From the NCBI RefSeq assembly GCF_009914755.1, contig NC_060926.1: 64,000 nucleotides of DNA; one strand, 5' to 3'. The notes beneath the pieces were generated by a model. That model saw only the letters and a program-made list of their open reading frames with translations, did not search any database and had not been told where the DNA came from. This document shows positions 1-13,755 of this stretch, piece by piece. The DNA comes from the human T2T-CHM13v2.0 reference genome, Homo sapiens. The position numbers and the translations under genes were made by a program. The stretch's first letter is position 1; each line of letters opens with the position of its first letter.

Positions 1-204
1 CAGACATGTGCCTTTATTGCCCTTGTGTTTGGTCTTGGGTGTGGCTGGCCCATGCTGGTTCCTTATCCAGGAGGTAGGCATTGTTGGCCAACAAGTTGGC
101 CTTAGTTGGCATATCATCATCACTACCTAAGTCAGGCTGAATGGTTAAGGCATTCTAGCCAGCTTATCAAGAAGGGACCTGAGTCATGGGAAATGACATC
201 ATAG

Positions 205-986
205 TGAGAGACAGGACTAGCTGGATTTCCTAGGCCGACTAAGAATCCCTAAGCCTAGCTGGGAAGGTGACCGCTTCCACCTTTAAACATGGGGCTTGCA
301 ACTTAGCTCACACCCGACCAATCAGATAGTAAAGAGAGCTCACTAAAATGCTAATTAGGCAAAAACAGGAGGTAAAGAAATAGCCAATCATCTATTGCCT
401 GAGAGCACAGCAGGAGGGACAATGATCAGCATATAAACCCAGGCATCTGAGCCAGCAACAGCTACGCTCTTTGGGTCCCCTCCCTTTGTATGGGAGCTCT
501 GTCTTCACTCTATTAAATCTTGCAGCTGCACTCTCTTTTGGTCTACATTTGTCATGGTTCGAGCTGAGCTTTCTCTCGCCGTCCACCACTGCTGTTTGCC
601 GCTGTCGCAGACCTGCTGCTGACTTCCATCTGTCCAGATCCAGCAAGGTGTCTGCTGTGCTCCTGATCCAGCGAGGCGCCCATTACAGCTCCCAGTCGGG
701 CTAAAGGCTTGCCACTGTTCCCACACGGCTAAGTGTCCGGGTTCGTCCTAATCAAGCTGAACACTAGTCACTGGGTTCCACGGTTCTCTTCCATGACCCA
801 CGGCTTCTAATAGAGCTATAACACTCACTGCATGGCCCAAGATTCCATTCCTTGGAATCCGTGAGGCCAAGAACCCCAGGTCAGAGAACACGAGGCTTGC
901 CACCATCTTGGAAGCAGCCCGCCGCCATTTTGGAAGTGGCCCACCACCATCTTGGGAGCTCTGGGAGCAAGGACCACCTGGTAACA
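205..986 (+). mobile_element. Solo LTR of HERV-W (LTR17)
   Basis: Starts TGAGAGACAGGACTAGCTGGATTTCCTAGG and ends GGTAACA. Perfect 4-bp TSD ATAG at 201-204 and 987-990. CCAAT boxes, TATAAA at 432-437 and ATTAAA at 512-517. No internal sequence follows. Confidence 0.93.
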
Positions 987-1149
987 ATAGGCCAAATACT
1001 GTGCTGATAAGGTATGAAAGCCAATCCTCTCATTTCTACCTTAGACATTATATGCTGTCTATTCATGAGTGGAGGTTGGAGAAGTATAAAGGCAAAAAAA
1101 AAAAAAAAAGGAGCAGAAATATATCTAGAGTGCTTAGAGGTGACTTCAT

Positions 1150-1322
1150 CAAACAGTACTCTCAACTTTCAACATGCACATTAACTGGGGATTCAACTTT
1201 TAATGTGCACATGATTCTGATTCAATACATCTGATGAGATGCCTGGGATTCTATGTTTTCAAAAAGCTCCCAGGGGATGTGACTGTTTCTGCCCCAAGAA
1301 CACACTTTTAGCAGCCAGGGTT
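1150..1322. mobile_element. MER5A-like hAT DNA transposon remnant
   Basis: Degenerate match to the MER5 core (GATTCTGATTCAATACATCTG...AAGCTCCCAGGGGATG). Confidence 0.55.
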
Positions 1323-2811
1323 TAAATGATATTTTAGCACTAACACGGAGGAAAATAAAGTAACCCCCCCACCCCCAAGCAGCTAGGGCAGAAACTGATC
1401 AAGAGAGACACAGGATGCTATGCAAAGCCCAGATCTGACCTCCAGGTTTGGACACAAGTCATCTAATAAAGGATGTGGATGGCAGTGACCAATTAATGTG
1501 TACTGGACCTGGTTACTTGAAGGATCCCACCATGGTGGACTTCATGTTTCTTAGGTGCCTTTAATTTTTTGGATCCCCAAACACAGTAATTCCAGGACAG
1601 CTTGAAGCATATACATTTGTAAACATAGATATAAAGCAAAATTTCCATGGATCAGCAGGCTCTTTAGCTGTGATTTTGCTTTGGAATATAAAGACTTTTC
1701 CTAGTGTTTAATGCAATAAAGAAATATTTATAGTAAGAAAATTGAATCTACTTAATTTTTGAAAGTTTAATTTTATAAGGTATACATTATAATGAGTATT
1801 TTTGTGTGTGACAGAGCCTAGAAGCATTGTATTTGGATCAGCACTTAAATTTTAAAATAAAATACAAACTCTACACTAATATAGATTTTGCCTTCTGTAA
1901 AGTATGTTCAAAGTAAAAGTTGAAAAAAAAATGTAGAGAAAGAGAAATAAGAACTAGAGAGTATATAATATAAAGTGAAGCAGACAAGGCAAACTAAAAG
2001 AAGGATTTTTACGGGGAAAAACAATTTCATTTTATTGTAAAGCCCTAAATGAATAAAAGAAGACTTTGAATGTGAAGATGATTAAAAAGACAAAATCATT
2101 AGCTAAAGATATTTACAAGTTTAGACTCTTTCATTTTGATTGTAATTTTAATTAGCTGGACACAGGGGGAGAAGAAAATGAGAGCCTACATCATCTACTT
2201 ACTCTTTAAATTGCATTCCACCTTAATTTTCTGCCTTTCAGTTCTTAATTTTCTCTATTTTTGTTCTAAGTAATCCAGTTATCAGGCTAAAGTGATTTTT
2301 TTCTCAGCCAGGTTTAGCATTCAGTATTTGTGTCTATGAACAAGAAAAAGTTCACCCCATTGCTTTAGTTTTTATTCTTTCAATAGCAAAAACTCTCTAC
2401 AGGTAACTTTTTTCAGTCTTTTGTTTATTCAGCAAGGGGCTTCATATACCATGACAGTTAGATGACTAATAACAAAGGCTCCTATTTTCAAAATAATTAT
2501 GCTCTATTTACAGAGTTTTCCACAAAATTTACTCATAAAATTTAGAAGGCAGTAAAGCCTTAAAAAGCTGTAGTTTTACTATTCATTAAAGCCATTTTTC
2601 TGTGTACAAGCAAGTTGCTTGTTTCTTTATATGATAAAATGGAAGCCAAAAATTCAGTATTAGTTAATCAAGTTCGGGATTTGTGTATACGTGAATAAAA
2701 ATTTTCAAACTTACATTGAACACCTCTGTTTAGAATAACCTACTTTCCAAAGAGTTTATCTTCAAGATATTATCTGGCTTTTTAGTACGGCTATTTATTT
2801 TGCATTTGTTA

Positions 2812-3021
<210 letters not shown>

Positions 3022-3552
3022 TTAGCATAGCTAACCATGTATTGTGTGTTGTTCAGTTTGTCCCCTCTTCCAAAACATATTCACTCAAATAATGTAAAGG
3101 AACAACGCTGAAGCGTCTTGAGGTCTAAGGATGAAACGCACTATTTAAGTGGTGGTGACAATTATTATTATTATCCTGCCATAGATAAAAAGTTAAAATT
3201 GGCTTTTAAAACTATTGTGGACAATTTCATTTTGCTTCCCCATAAGTCAGAAACAATCAAAGTACGTAGTTCTCAGCACATGAGCTATACACTCAAACTA
3301 GAACTAGTAGGGAGTATAAAAGGAATTATCCTAGTAATTAAATACCCACAAATAAAGCATTAGTTGCCGATCGTAGCCAACCAGGATGGTTATTAAGGGA
3401 CAGCTAGAAAACTCAGCTCTACCTCATTAGTTGTCTTCTGTCTAAAATTCCAAAATATATTTGTATTTTTTAAAAAGCCTTTCTCACCTTAAAGTACAAA
3501 TGTTCCTTGAGAGACATGATGCTTTGAAGCTTATAATTGTTGCATGATTTTA

Positions 3553-3870
3553 TTTTATTTTATTTTACTTTATTTACTTATTTATTTCGAGACGGACTCT
3601 TACTCTGTCGCCCAGGCTGGAGTGCAGTGGTGCAATCTCAGCTCACTGCAACCTCCATCCACCTCATGGGTTCAAGCGATTCTCCTGCCTCAGCCTCCCG
3701 AGTAGCTGGAGTTACAAGTGCGTGCCACCATGCCTAATTTTTGTATTACTAGTAGTGGCAGGGTTTTGTCATGTTCGCCAAGCTGGTCTTGAACTTCTGA
3801 CCTCAAATGATCTGCCCAATTCGGCCTCCCAAACTGCTGGAATTACAGGCATGAGCCACCATACCTGGCT
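3553..3870 (-). mobile_element. AluS element
   Basis: Full dimer in reverse with a (TTTTA)n tail. TSD GTTGCATGATTTTA at 3539-3552 and 3872-3885. Confidence 0.93.
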
Positions 3871-4749
3871 AGTTGCATGATTTTAATGAGTATGAGCTCC
3901 ACATATTTTCTAGACAAAGAGTTTGAGAACAAGGTAGAATAACAGAGAGGAACTAAGAAGTTGAGAGAGAATTAGAGGGGGTTGCAAGGGTGAAAAATCT
4001 GCAGAAAATGAAATACAGGAGCAAAAGAGACAAAGTTCCTAATCGTGTCCAAGAATGTGATGAGAATTAACATTAAAATTATTAGAAAGTGTCAACAAGA
4101 AATGCCATAAAATCCGTTGCTTTGGAAGTCTTTTAAAATCGAATAGTTGGGTCTTTCCAGCATGGTTTAGATGTACCACTGAATATAAGGTGATGACATT
4201 AATTGTCCTGTCTAGGATTAATCTCTCTCTGAAATGCATCATACCTGAAAGATCTTTTCTTTAATGCAATATTGGGATGTTGTACCAATTTGTTTATAAT
4301 TTGGATATGCTGAAGCAGCACTGAGATTTTATTCCAATATTTCTTATCTTGCTACTCTTGTCCATTTTGCCTAACAGTTATTGCTCAATGTTCAGACTCT
4401 TGCTTCAAGATCAACTGAAGTGCTTTGTAAGTATATGGATTCTTGAGGCCCCATCCTTTTTGGGGGGTCAAATAACCCAATTTGTGAATCCTCAGAGGCC
4501 TGCTAAGATGAGGGAGGGACATGTTTTCGGAGTTAGAGAGTCAAACAGAGAGTGGCAAGGCAGAGTATTCTCCAACAAGATGATATTACTGTCATCTGGT
4601 GGGGGTCCCCACCAGGTACATTTCTCAACCTGGGTTGGGTGTGTACCCTCCAACTCTGTAGCACCCCCCCCCCCACTCTAGTTACAACACTTAGGAACAC
4701 TGCATTGTATTTTATTGTTTAGTTGGGTAGCGCTTCTTAGCTCTCATAT

Positions 4750-4875
4750 TAATAGAGGGCCATGTGTTTCTTGTTTACTTTTAAGTCTCCAGAATCTAGT
4801 ACTGTTTCTGAAACATGGCAAGTGCTCAAATAATATGTGTTGAATAAAAGAATAAATCAATGAATAAATAAAGAA
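4750..4875 (+). mobile_element. L2 3' end
   Basis: GTGCTCAAATAATATGTGTTGAATAAAAGAATAAATCAATGAATAAA matches the L2 terminal signature. Confidence 0.65.
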
Positions 4876-4964
4876 GTGCTGGTCGAGTAAATTAAAAAGA
4901 CACACAAAAAAGGAAAAAGAATGTATGTATCTTGCCAGCAAAATGAAACAGAAAAACAATATCA

Positions 4965-5190
4965 GTAACTAACAATTATTAAATTCTTATTATGTGTCAG
5001 GAGTTCTAAGTACTTTAAATGTCATATTTAATTAATACAACTGTATAAGTGGAATCCTATTATTATTGGATTTTTCAGAATAAAGGAAGGTCCAGTTACT
5101 TGCCCACAGCCACACATCTAGTAAGACAGGACTAGAACTGAAACCAAGGCAGCTGGACTCTTGAACCCATGCTCTAAGCTATTACTCCAT
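4965..5190 (-). mobile_element. MIR SINE
   Basis: AGTTACTTGCCCACAGCCACACATCTAGTAAG...GAACTGAAACCAAGGCAG is a reverse MIR core. Confidence 0.7.
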
Positions 5191-5339
5191 GTAATGTAGA
5201 CAGTGATAAAGGTACTGTGCTAGGAGTGGTGGAGGATGCTAAGAATCAGCTCCTGCTTTCAAGGGGGCTTACAATAATTAACAATACATGTTTATCTGAA
5301 TAATTGGCTCTCCCTTTTTCTTTGCAATTTAAGAGAAGA

Positions 5340-5480
5340 CAGAAAGAAAACAGGGAGGCAAGGATGAAGGAAGGAAGAAAAGAAGGAAATAAGGAAGGAA
5401 GGGAAAAGGAAGGAAGGAAGGGAAGGAAGGAAGGAAGAAAAGAAGGAATGATGGAAGGAAGGTACGGAGGGTAGGATAGG
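5340..5480. repeat. (GGAA)n-rich simple repeat
   Basis: Imperfect GGAA/GAAA tandem tract. Confidence 0.9.
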
Positions 5481-5634
5481 GAAACAGCCCTAGTTCTTCA
5501 ACAGGTTTTTGATCCAATTTACGCCTGTTTGATTCTGTTCCAGACAAGGAACAGTGAACAAAAAACTCTCAAGCTAGCACTTAAACCCACAAAAACTTTT
5601 CACCATCCTTTGAATATTAAAAAAATCCATCTTC

Positions 5635-5770
5635 TAACACAAAGAAATGATAAATGTTTGAGATGATGGATATGCCAGCTACCCAGATCTGATCACTGTA
5701 CATTATATGTATCGAAACATCACTATGCACCCTAAGAATATATAGAATTATTATTTGTCAGTTTAAGACA
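5635..5770 (+). mobile_element. L1MA-type 3' terminal fragment
   Basis: ACACAAAGAAATGATAAATGTTTGAGATGATGGATATG...ATCACTATGCACCC. Confidence 0.7.
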
Positions 5771-6919
5771 GTATTTTTAATGGAGAATTTGTCTCTATTA
5801 GAAAAAGGAATCTGTCCTTTGTTAATAACTTGAAAGAAAAAAAATTTGCTGCCAAAAAACCCAACACCTACTTTATATGGGTATAATATATTTAAATTTA
5901 TATGTATGTATAATATATATTTCATTTTTTCCTAGACTAATCTTACACTACAAATTTCAACATTACCACCATAGCATTTACATGTATTCTAAAACTATCC
6001 AGTGATGTGGCATAAAATAGCTAAGTCATTTTTACTGAGGATCATAAAATCTTAGAAGAATTTAGTTTGAAATCTCTAAACAAAAATTGCAAAAGTTAAT
6101 ATAAGGTAGAAAAAGAGAAATAAATTTTGACTTATTAGAGAAAAGGGTTCAGGTGCAGGATGAAGCATATCAAAGGCACATGAAATGTCGTTACTTTGAA
6201 AAAAAATACAAGGATGACAAGTTTAGAAAATTAACTATCAAATTACATTTCTTTTAAGAGGGGCAGTTAAAATGTTGATGAACAAATATAAGATGATTAC
6301 TCAGGGGCACTAAAAATACAAAATGCGTGGGTTCTACTAGATAATACAATAAGTACTGGGAGTTTCACTTTATAACCCGTTGTGATTAAACAGCATACTG
6401 CTGAAAATGCAGATGTGATGCTACCATAGTAAAACCAGCCTTTTAAAAGATGTTTCTAATTAAATCATGAAAAATCAAAAAGAAAATGTTGAGAGAAGCC
6501 ATTTTGAAGATTTTATTAGTGGTGCATTCATGGAGAGGGCTTTATTAGATTTGAACTAGCAAATGCTAATGCTAGTGTACAAAATGATAGATAAGCATTT
6601 TTCCCCTTAAAAAGTTATTTCTTCCAGGGTAAAAAGTTTTCTTGTAATATAAGCATCCTTTGATTCAGTTAAATTCTAGTAATGAGGTACTCGACTATTT
6701 GAGTTAATAATACTTTAATTAATCCATACCTGTATGTGATCTAGATGTGTTTATTGTTGCTATTTCTCACTCGGAATTTTACTGCTAAATAGAGGACTCC
6801 TTTTAATATTCAAATAGCTTTTATCAGGAGTCCAGAAGTCATTGGCTTTACTCGATATTAATACCAAAACATCAGGTGTAAATTGATCCATTGTAGAAGC
6901 TCTTGTTAAATGCTTTCTA

Positions 6920-7188
<269 letters not shown>

Positions 7189-7637
7189 ATGATTTCTAAG
7201 GAAACCCAGGGAAGACCTAAATTAAGATTAACCCATGAAATGTATGACTAATTCCAGAAGATGAAACGTAGATTTCTTGTTTTGAACACTATTATCTCCT
7301 CATTCACCTGGCTAATTACTAACTATCCTTCAAAACTTAGCTCAAAATTCACCATAGTTGGGAACCTTTTCCTAATTCCTTCCTCTTTTGGCTTCTAGAT
7401 GCTCCCCTATCAACTTGTGGATATCTTGCTCTTTGCAGAATGATAGTCTCTTACCTGCAATTATAAAATCTAAAAACTCTAAAAACCAGAAGCCTTTTTC
7501 TTTGGTGCAAATTTATTTGGGGGTAAAACTTGACCCATAAATTTATTTGCAGAAATAGTAAAATGTTTGTTTGATTATGACAGTGCTTCCCCAGACCATA
7601 CAAATAGGTTAGCATAATATATGGCATATGCACGCTA

Positions 7638-7949
7638 TAGTTCACCCTTGGTATCCTTGGGGGATTGGTTCCAGGAACCCCTACATAAAAATCCTCAGAA
7701 GCTCAAGTTCCTTATATACAATGGCACAGCATTTGCAGATGACCAATACACACCATCCCATATACTTTAAATCATCTATAAATTATTTAAAATACCTAAT
7801 ACAATGTGAATGTTCTGTAAATAGTTGTTACACTTTTTGGAAATTTGTGTTATTTTTTATTGTTGTATCATTATTACTATTTTGCCAAATATTTCTAATC
7901 ACGGTTGAATCCGCAGATGCGGAACCCACAGATCCAGAGGACCAATCGT
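7638..7949 (+). mobile_element. MER2 (Tigger-family) non-autonomous DNA transposon
   Basis: GGTATCCTTGGGGGATTGGTTCCAGGAACCC ... GTTGAATCCGCAGATGCGGAACCCACAGAT, with degenerate TIRs and TA flanks. Confidence 0.8.
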
Positions 7950-8254
7950 AGTATTTTTTAAAAATGCTCTCAGATTTTAGAGGTTCCATTGAGGCTTGGG
8001 ACCTCAATGCCATCTCACAATACTTAAATTGCACCCTACCAGCTCCATTTCCCATTTGGATTCCATGACTCTTCAACATCTTACCATTTTCTTTAATTTT
8101 CTTACCCAAATGAACTTGCCTTCTATTTTGCAGAAAATATAAAGCTATGAGGTTTGAGATCCCAAACAATTAATTGGCCATCCCCTGCCCTCATGAACAC
8201 TAGTTGATCTATACCTGCCATTCATTCTTACTTGCTTTTCTCAAGTCTCAGAGG

Positions 8255-9150
8255 TGTAGGGGGGGAAAGTAACATATTTTTCTCACCCATCACAAGAGTC
8301 ATGGTTCAGGCATCTATAATAAAAGACAGACTGAGAAGCAAAAAGCTTCCAAATGTATTTAATATAAATTTTATGCAACTCACAAGCTTTTGGAAATAAA
8401 GACCTAAAGAAACAAAAAACAATGCGATATAGTTTGGCTGTGTCCCCACCCAAATCTCATCTTGAATCGTAGTTCACATAATCCCCATGTGTAGTGGGAG
8501 GGACCCAATGGGACATAATTGAATGATGGGAGTAGTTACCCCCATGCTGCTGTTCTCATTATAGTGAGTGAGTTATCACAAGATCTGACGGTTTTATAAG
8601 GGGCTTTTCCCCCTTTTCCTCAACACTTCTCCTTCGTGCCACCATGTGAAGAAAGACGAGTTTGTATCCCCTTCTGCCATAATTGTATGTTTTCTTAGGC
8701 CACCCCAGCCATGCTGAACTGTGAGTCAATTAAACCTCTGTCTTTTATAAATTATCCAGTCTTGGGTATGTCTTTATTAAGAGCATGAAAATGGCCTAAT
8801 ACACTATCTATTTTATGTTTAGATTTGATTAAGAGTGGACAACACTATAGAATTATGATTGGACAAAAGGAAGTATGATCTAATGGTAATAAACCAGGGG
8901 GAACTTAGCAAGGCCTGTTTGTACAAATTCTTCTTTGTATCTCTGTGTCTTCATTCTTTCCTCTGGGTATAGGGAGGATCCCTCTGGAATGAATGTCTTA
9001 TGACCTACTTTAAAGGATGGTCAGAGAATTATTTTATAGTCTGCTTCAGGGGAGAGCCACAGGGGAAGGTCAGAAAGACCTTCCTGCTTCTACTCTTTTC
9101 TCAAGTGCCAGGGTGCCAAATGTGGGGATAGTGTGTCCTGAACCCTGTCA
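8255..9150 (-). mobile_element. MER31/MER67-family ERV1 solo LTR, interrupted by THE1
   Basis: The reverse strand starts TGACAGGGTTCAGGACACACTATCCCC. TG...CA ends, near-TSD GAGG (8251-8254) / AAGG (9151-9154). Confidence 0.7.
8425..8803 (+). mobile_element. THE1 (THE1D/C-like) MaLR solo LTR
   Basis: GATATAGTTTGGCTGTGTCCCCACCCAAATCTCATCTTGAAT ... ATTAAACCTCT ... CTAATACA. Confidence 0.9.
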
Positions 9151-9159
9151 AAGGTTAAA

Positions 9160-10375
9160 GTCTACTTCCCCAGTTTAAAACCTACATTTCCTATTCTTTA
9201 GATCTTAATACTTACTGTTTACTCCAAAATTGTACTCTTTTGTTATTTCCATGCTTTATTTTCTCTTATATGTTTTTATTGTCCTATAAATATGTTCAAC
9301 TGTCTCCAAGTCTTAAATTACACCCCCCCCCAACCAATTCCACATCCTATGCTCTCTCCTACTTACGTCTCCCACTCTCCTGTATTGCTTTATCAAAAGC
9401 TGCTTTTAAAGAGGACATAATTCTTGCTTCCTCTATGACTTTCTAATACTCAAACTTCCTGCAATTAGGTTCTGCAGGGACTAGTGTTGGAAAAAATTAC
9501 CAATGATGTCCAGATAATCAAGTCCAATGGTCATGTTTGTTCCATATCTAAATGAATCCCCCTATGCCATTTAACACTATTGACATTTTCTTGAAACTCT
9601 CTACCCTTTGGTTGACATTTTACTGTTATTTCATTCTCTCCCACCTCTGTTCTTTCCTTTTTCATTTCTTTGGGATTATTTCTTCTTGCCTGTCTCTTTC
9701 ATACTGATGCCCCACAAAGTTCCAGTTTTTACTCACAGTTATTTATTTTTTTCTTTTATAAATTCTTTGTGTAAATGTGTGGCAATCTCATCATTTTCAT
9801 GACTTTAATTCTTACTTATAATGCTAATGACCTCAATAAATGTATCTTCAATCCTAATCTATTCCCTCTCCTTTATATTTATAAAAGCAACTGCCTATCA
9901 AACATACTTCTTTAGATGTCTTATAATCACAACATATGTAACATGTCCTAAACTGAACTCAACTCCCACCCCCACCCCCATATTTCTTATTTATTCCTGC
10001 CACATCTATAGCAATGATGCTATATCCAAAACACAATCTAATTTTGTTATGCCTCTGCTTAACCCTTCCTGGCTCTTCATTCATTACCTAAAATCAGAAC
10101 TTCTTAACTGGTATATCATGAGACCCTCCTTGATCTGCACTTCCTTACCAATTTCCCTGGTCTCATCTCCAGCCACTCCGAGCCTCATGGTTTAAACATT
10201 AGGAACTCTAAGCTGCTTATAGTTTTCCATGTTCTCTGTGCTGTTTTATGATCTGCACACTTGTTCATGCTTTTTCTACAGCCTGAAATGCTATTCCAAC
10301 TTTTCTTACTCTGTATAGTTCTTATTAACCTTTCAAAATCCCAGACATTATTTCATCTAGGAAACAACTTTTATT
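9160..10375 (+). mobile_element. Degenerate L2 LINE body
   Basis: Pyrimidine-rich L2 ORF2/3' motifs (AAGTCCAATGGTCA, CCTAAACTGAACTC, CCTGAAATGCTATTCC). Confidence 0.6.
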
Positions 10376-10443
10376 GACCAGTGATTCTGAGAATAGGAAA
10401 AGCCAAAGCGGTTTACTTCCAAAGGCAAAATATGCAAGCCTAG

Positions 10444-10767
<324 letters not shown>

Positions 10768-10969
10768 AATATTTTAAATATCCTCAATGCTCCTTTGTGG
10801 GTATTTCAGAAGCACGCAATGATTATTGAGGGTTCATTCAAGAACAGCTGTTGCAAAAGCAGTATTTTATTCTTCAATACTATTATGATAATATATTTGC
10901 ATACCTAGCTCTTTCTAGGTTTTGTTTCCATTTCCTTACATCTTTCACTTGGGAACAAAAATGTCTAGG

Positions 10970-11438
10970 TGTGAAGTAGATTAACTGTGCACCAGTTACC
11001 AAGTAGTCTGAGTCCAGTGAGACAGAACACCTCCACACATAAGTTACATGAAGTGGGTTTATTAGTTATAAATAGGTAGCAAGGGACAACAGAAGCCTTG
11101 GGTTCATTACCAGTCATTCCCTCAAGGCTCAGGAAAGCTGCCTGTGGAGCGTGGAGTCTCAGCTGCAGGTGTCCCACTTGTGCCACAGATGAGGGACGCC
11201 AGAAAGCATCTAGCCTTGGGTTTTGTACCTCAGGAACATGTGACACACTGGGCTAAAGCACTGAAGGACATCCTGTCTTCAGGACTGGACTGCAATAGAG
11301 CTTGGGCTATTCTGGTGAATCCTTTCCTATCCTAGGATGTTGCATTTCCAGATCATTCTACAGTTATTCTTGAGAACTACAAGAAAGAAAGGGGGAAGAA
11401 CTTGGTTGGTATAAGGCTACTTGGAGAACTGTTCTACA
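10970..11438 (-). mobile_element. ERVL-class solo LTR (LTR32-like)
   Basis: TG...CA termini with a perfect 5-bp TSD CTAGG (10965-10969, 11439-11443). The reverse strand reads GTAGTTCTCAAGAATAACTGTAGAATG...GCAACATCCT. Confidence 0.78.
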
Positions 11439-12045
11439 CTAGGCCAAAAGTTTGTTTTTATGTCTTTCTCTTTTTATATACATATAGCTAAATTATTTCC
11501 AGAGTTGTACAAATCTATAATACCACAAGCAGAGTTTGACTGCATTTTCCCCAACACTGAGTATTTTTATTAACATTTTCTTTTGCTCTTGTTAATGCTT
11601 AATAGTGAAACAGAGCAGAGTATTTTTGTGTTAATTTGGATAATTTGCATACTCATGATGCTGTTCATTTTCCCATATATTTTTTATTAGTGATAGTTCT
11701 TTGTTTTGCCATCATATTTTAATTTTCATGAGTTCTTCTTGTTCTCTGAATTACCCTCCTTTTTAAATAGCATTCTGTTTATACCTTATGGTTACAGTAT
11801 TTTCTGAAATATTTGTAAGGTATTATTGAGATTTTTTTTCTTTATTTTCTTTAGCTTGAACCCTATACTTCTTTGATGGTCATTTCTTTCTACTTGTACT
11901 TCTTGATCATTCTCTTTCATAATACATGCTTCACTCAATTCCAAGTGATTCCTTCTTATCCATCGATGTTTCAGAATGTGACAATAAAAATAAGTGACTG
12001 TGTGCTGTGTACATGAGCAGTTTATCCACTGGCATGCTTTGCTTT

Positions 12046-12110
12046 AGGGTGAGTAGGGTGAGTAGGGTGGAGGGTGAGTAGGGTGAGTAGGGTGGAAGGT
12101 GAGTAGGGTG
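12046..12110. repeat. (GGGTGAGTA)n G-rich minisatellite
   Basis: About 7 imperfect 9-bp units read directly from the sequence. Confidence 0.9.
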
Positions 12111-13059
12111 AAAGCCAGCCATCATGCTGGGAGGCCCTAAAGCAACAAAAGAAGACTTTGCTCTGGAACAGCCTTATCACACTCCTGAATTCTTCCCAGA
12201 GAAGTGGTTCATTTTCTTTGGAAAAGGAAACACTGATTTTGTTTTCTTTTTAACTTGGGAAATAAAAGCTTGACTTCTGAGGATTCTGCTTGCATGCGTA
12301 TGTGTATGAAGGAGAGGGTGAGATGGGGGTGGAGAGAGACAACAGTGACTGAATTCCATGTACACTCTGTCTATGAACCCCTGTCTTTAGAGTCCCATGT
12401 GTCATTCATGGGGTTTTGGAGGCCAGCTTCTCTCTGGGGCTCAGTAGGGCAGATCAGTCAGCCTGTTCTGTACTTTCTAGGTTCAGGCTCCCCCTTTGCT
12501 CTTTCATCAGTAACCACTCTTTCACTCACTCTCTATTTTGCAAAAATTGGTTGAAATTTCTCATCCACTATCTCTTTATTATGATGATATTTACCTGGAT
12601 TTTCCTTCTGGAAAATTGTTGCCCGCATAATGTGCTTTTTTTTTTCCCCTCAAATTAAGATGTTTGTAGTTTTAATTCATTGGCTTTTTAAAACTAAGGA
12701 ATTAACACATTTAAGTTCATATGTGATACAAATATTTTTGTCATCTTTTTACTTTGGTTTATTTTGATGTAAAGAAAGTTTTAAATTTCATGTAGTCATC
12801 TCTCAGTCTTTCCTACACATATTTTTCTTCTATTGAATGTATATTTGGAAAATTCTACTTATTTCAGATATTTGCTTCTGGTAAATTATGTGTTCCTTTG
12901 GATTTTCAGTGTTTTATTTTTAATAATAAATATTTAATCCGTCTAAATGTATTTTGGTATATGGCAAATTTTCAAGCCTTTTTGTTTTCTTTTTAGTAGA
13001 AAAATTTTTTTTCAAACAGAATCTTAGATGGAAGTTTAATTTATAAAAATTGGAAAGTT

Positions 13060-13338
13060 GGCTAGGCACAGTGGCCTGTAATCCCAGCACTCTGGGAGTC
13101 TGAGGCAGGAGGATTGCTTCAGCCCAAGAGCTCGAAACCAATCTGGGCAACATCGTAAGACCTCCCTTTTTAAAAAAAATTAAAAATCACAGGAGTACGG
13201 TGGCACATGCCTTTAGTACCAGCTACTCGGGAGGCTGAAGTGGGAGGTCACTTGAGCCCTGGAGGTCAAGGCTGCAGTGAGCCATAATCACACTACCGCA
13301 CTCCACTCCAGCCTGGGTGACAGATTGAGACCCTGTCT

Positions 13339-13369
<31 letters not shown>
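13060..13369 (+). mobile_element. AluJ element with an A30 tail, inside degenerate minus-strand L1M sequence
   Basis: AluJ diagnostics (GGAGGATTGCTTCAGCCC, GGTCAAGGCTGCAGTGAGC) and poly-A at 13340-13369. Confidence 0.9.
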
Positions 13370-13372
<3 letters not shown>

Positions 13373-13755
13373 AAAGTGGAATGGTCTAAGTGAATTTGTG
13401 TGAGAATGCAAATTCAATCAGCCCATCTGTTTCTTTCAACCATGGTCCTATATTTGAAGTATCTTTAGTTTTTCAAAAGTAAATTTAAAAACAGTGGTTG
13501 GTATATGGTATAAAGTAAAAGTCAAAATTGATCCTATTCCTAAATTGCCAACCAATTATCTAAACACTAATTATTGGTAAGCCCTTTTTTCCTGATTGAG
13601 TTGGAAAATGCCTTTTATATATTAATTTACTACCCATGATAGATTCTATTTTAGGGATATCTTTCCATTCCATTGACCCCTCTGTCTACTTTTATACCAG
13701 AATTCTACTGTTTTAATTAGTATAGAGTTATGTGTTTCCATTTGTAGTAAGGCTG

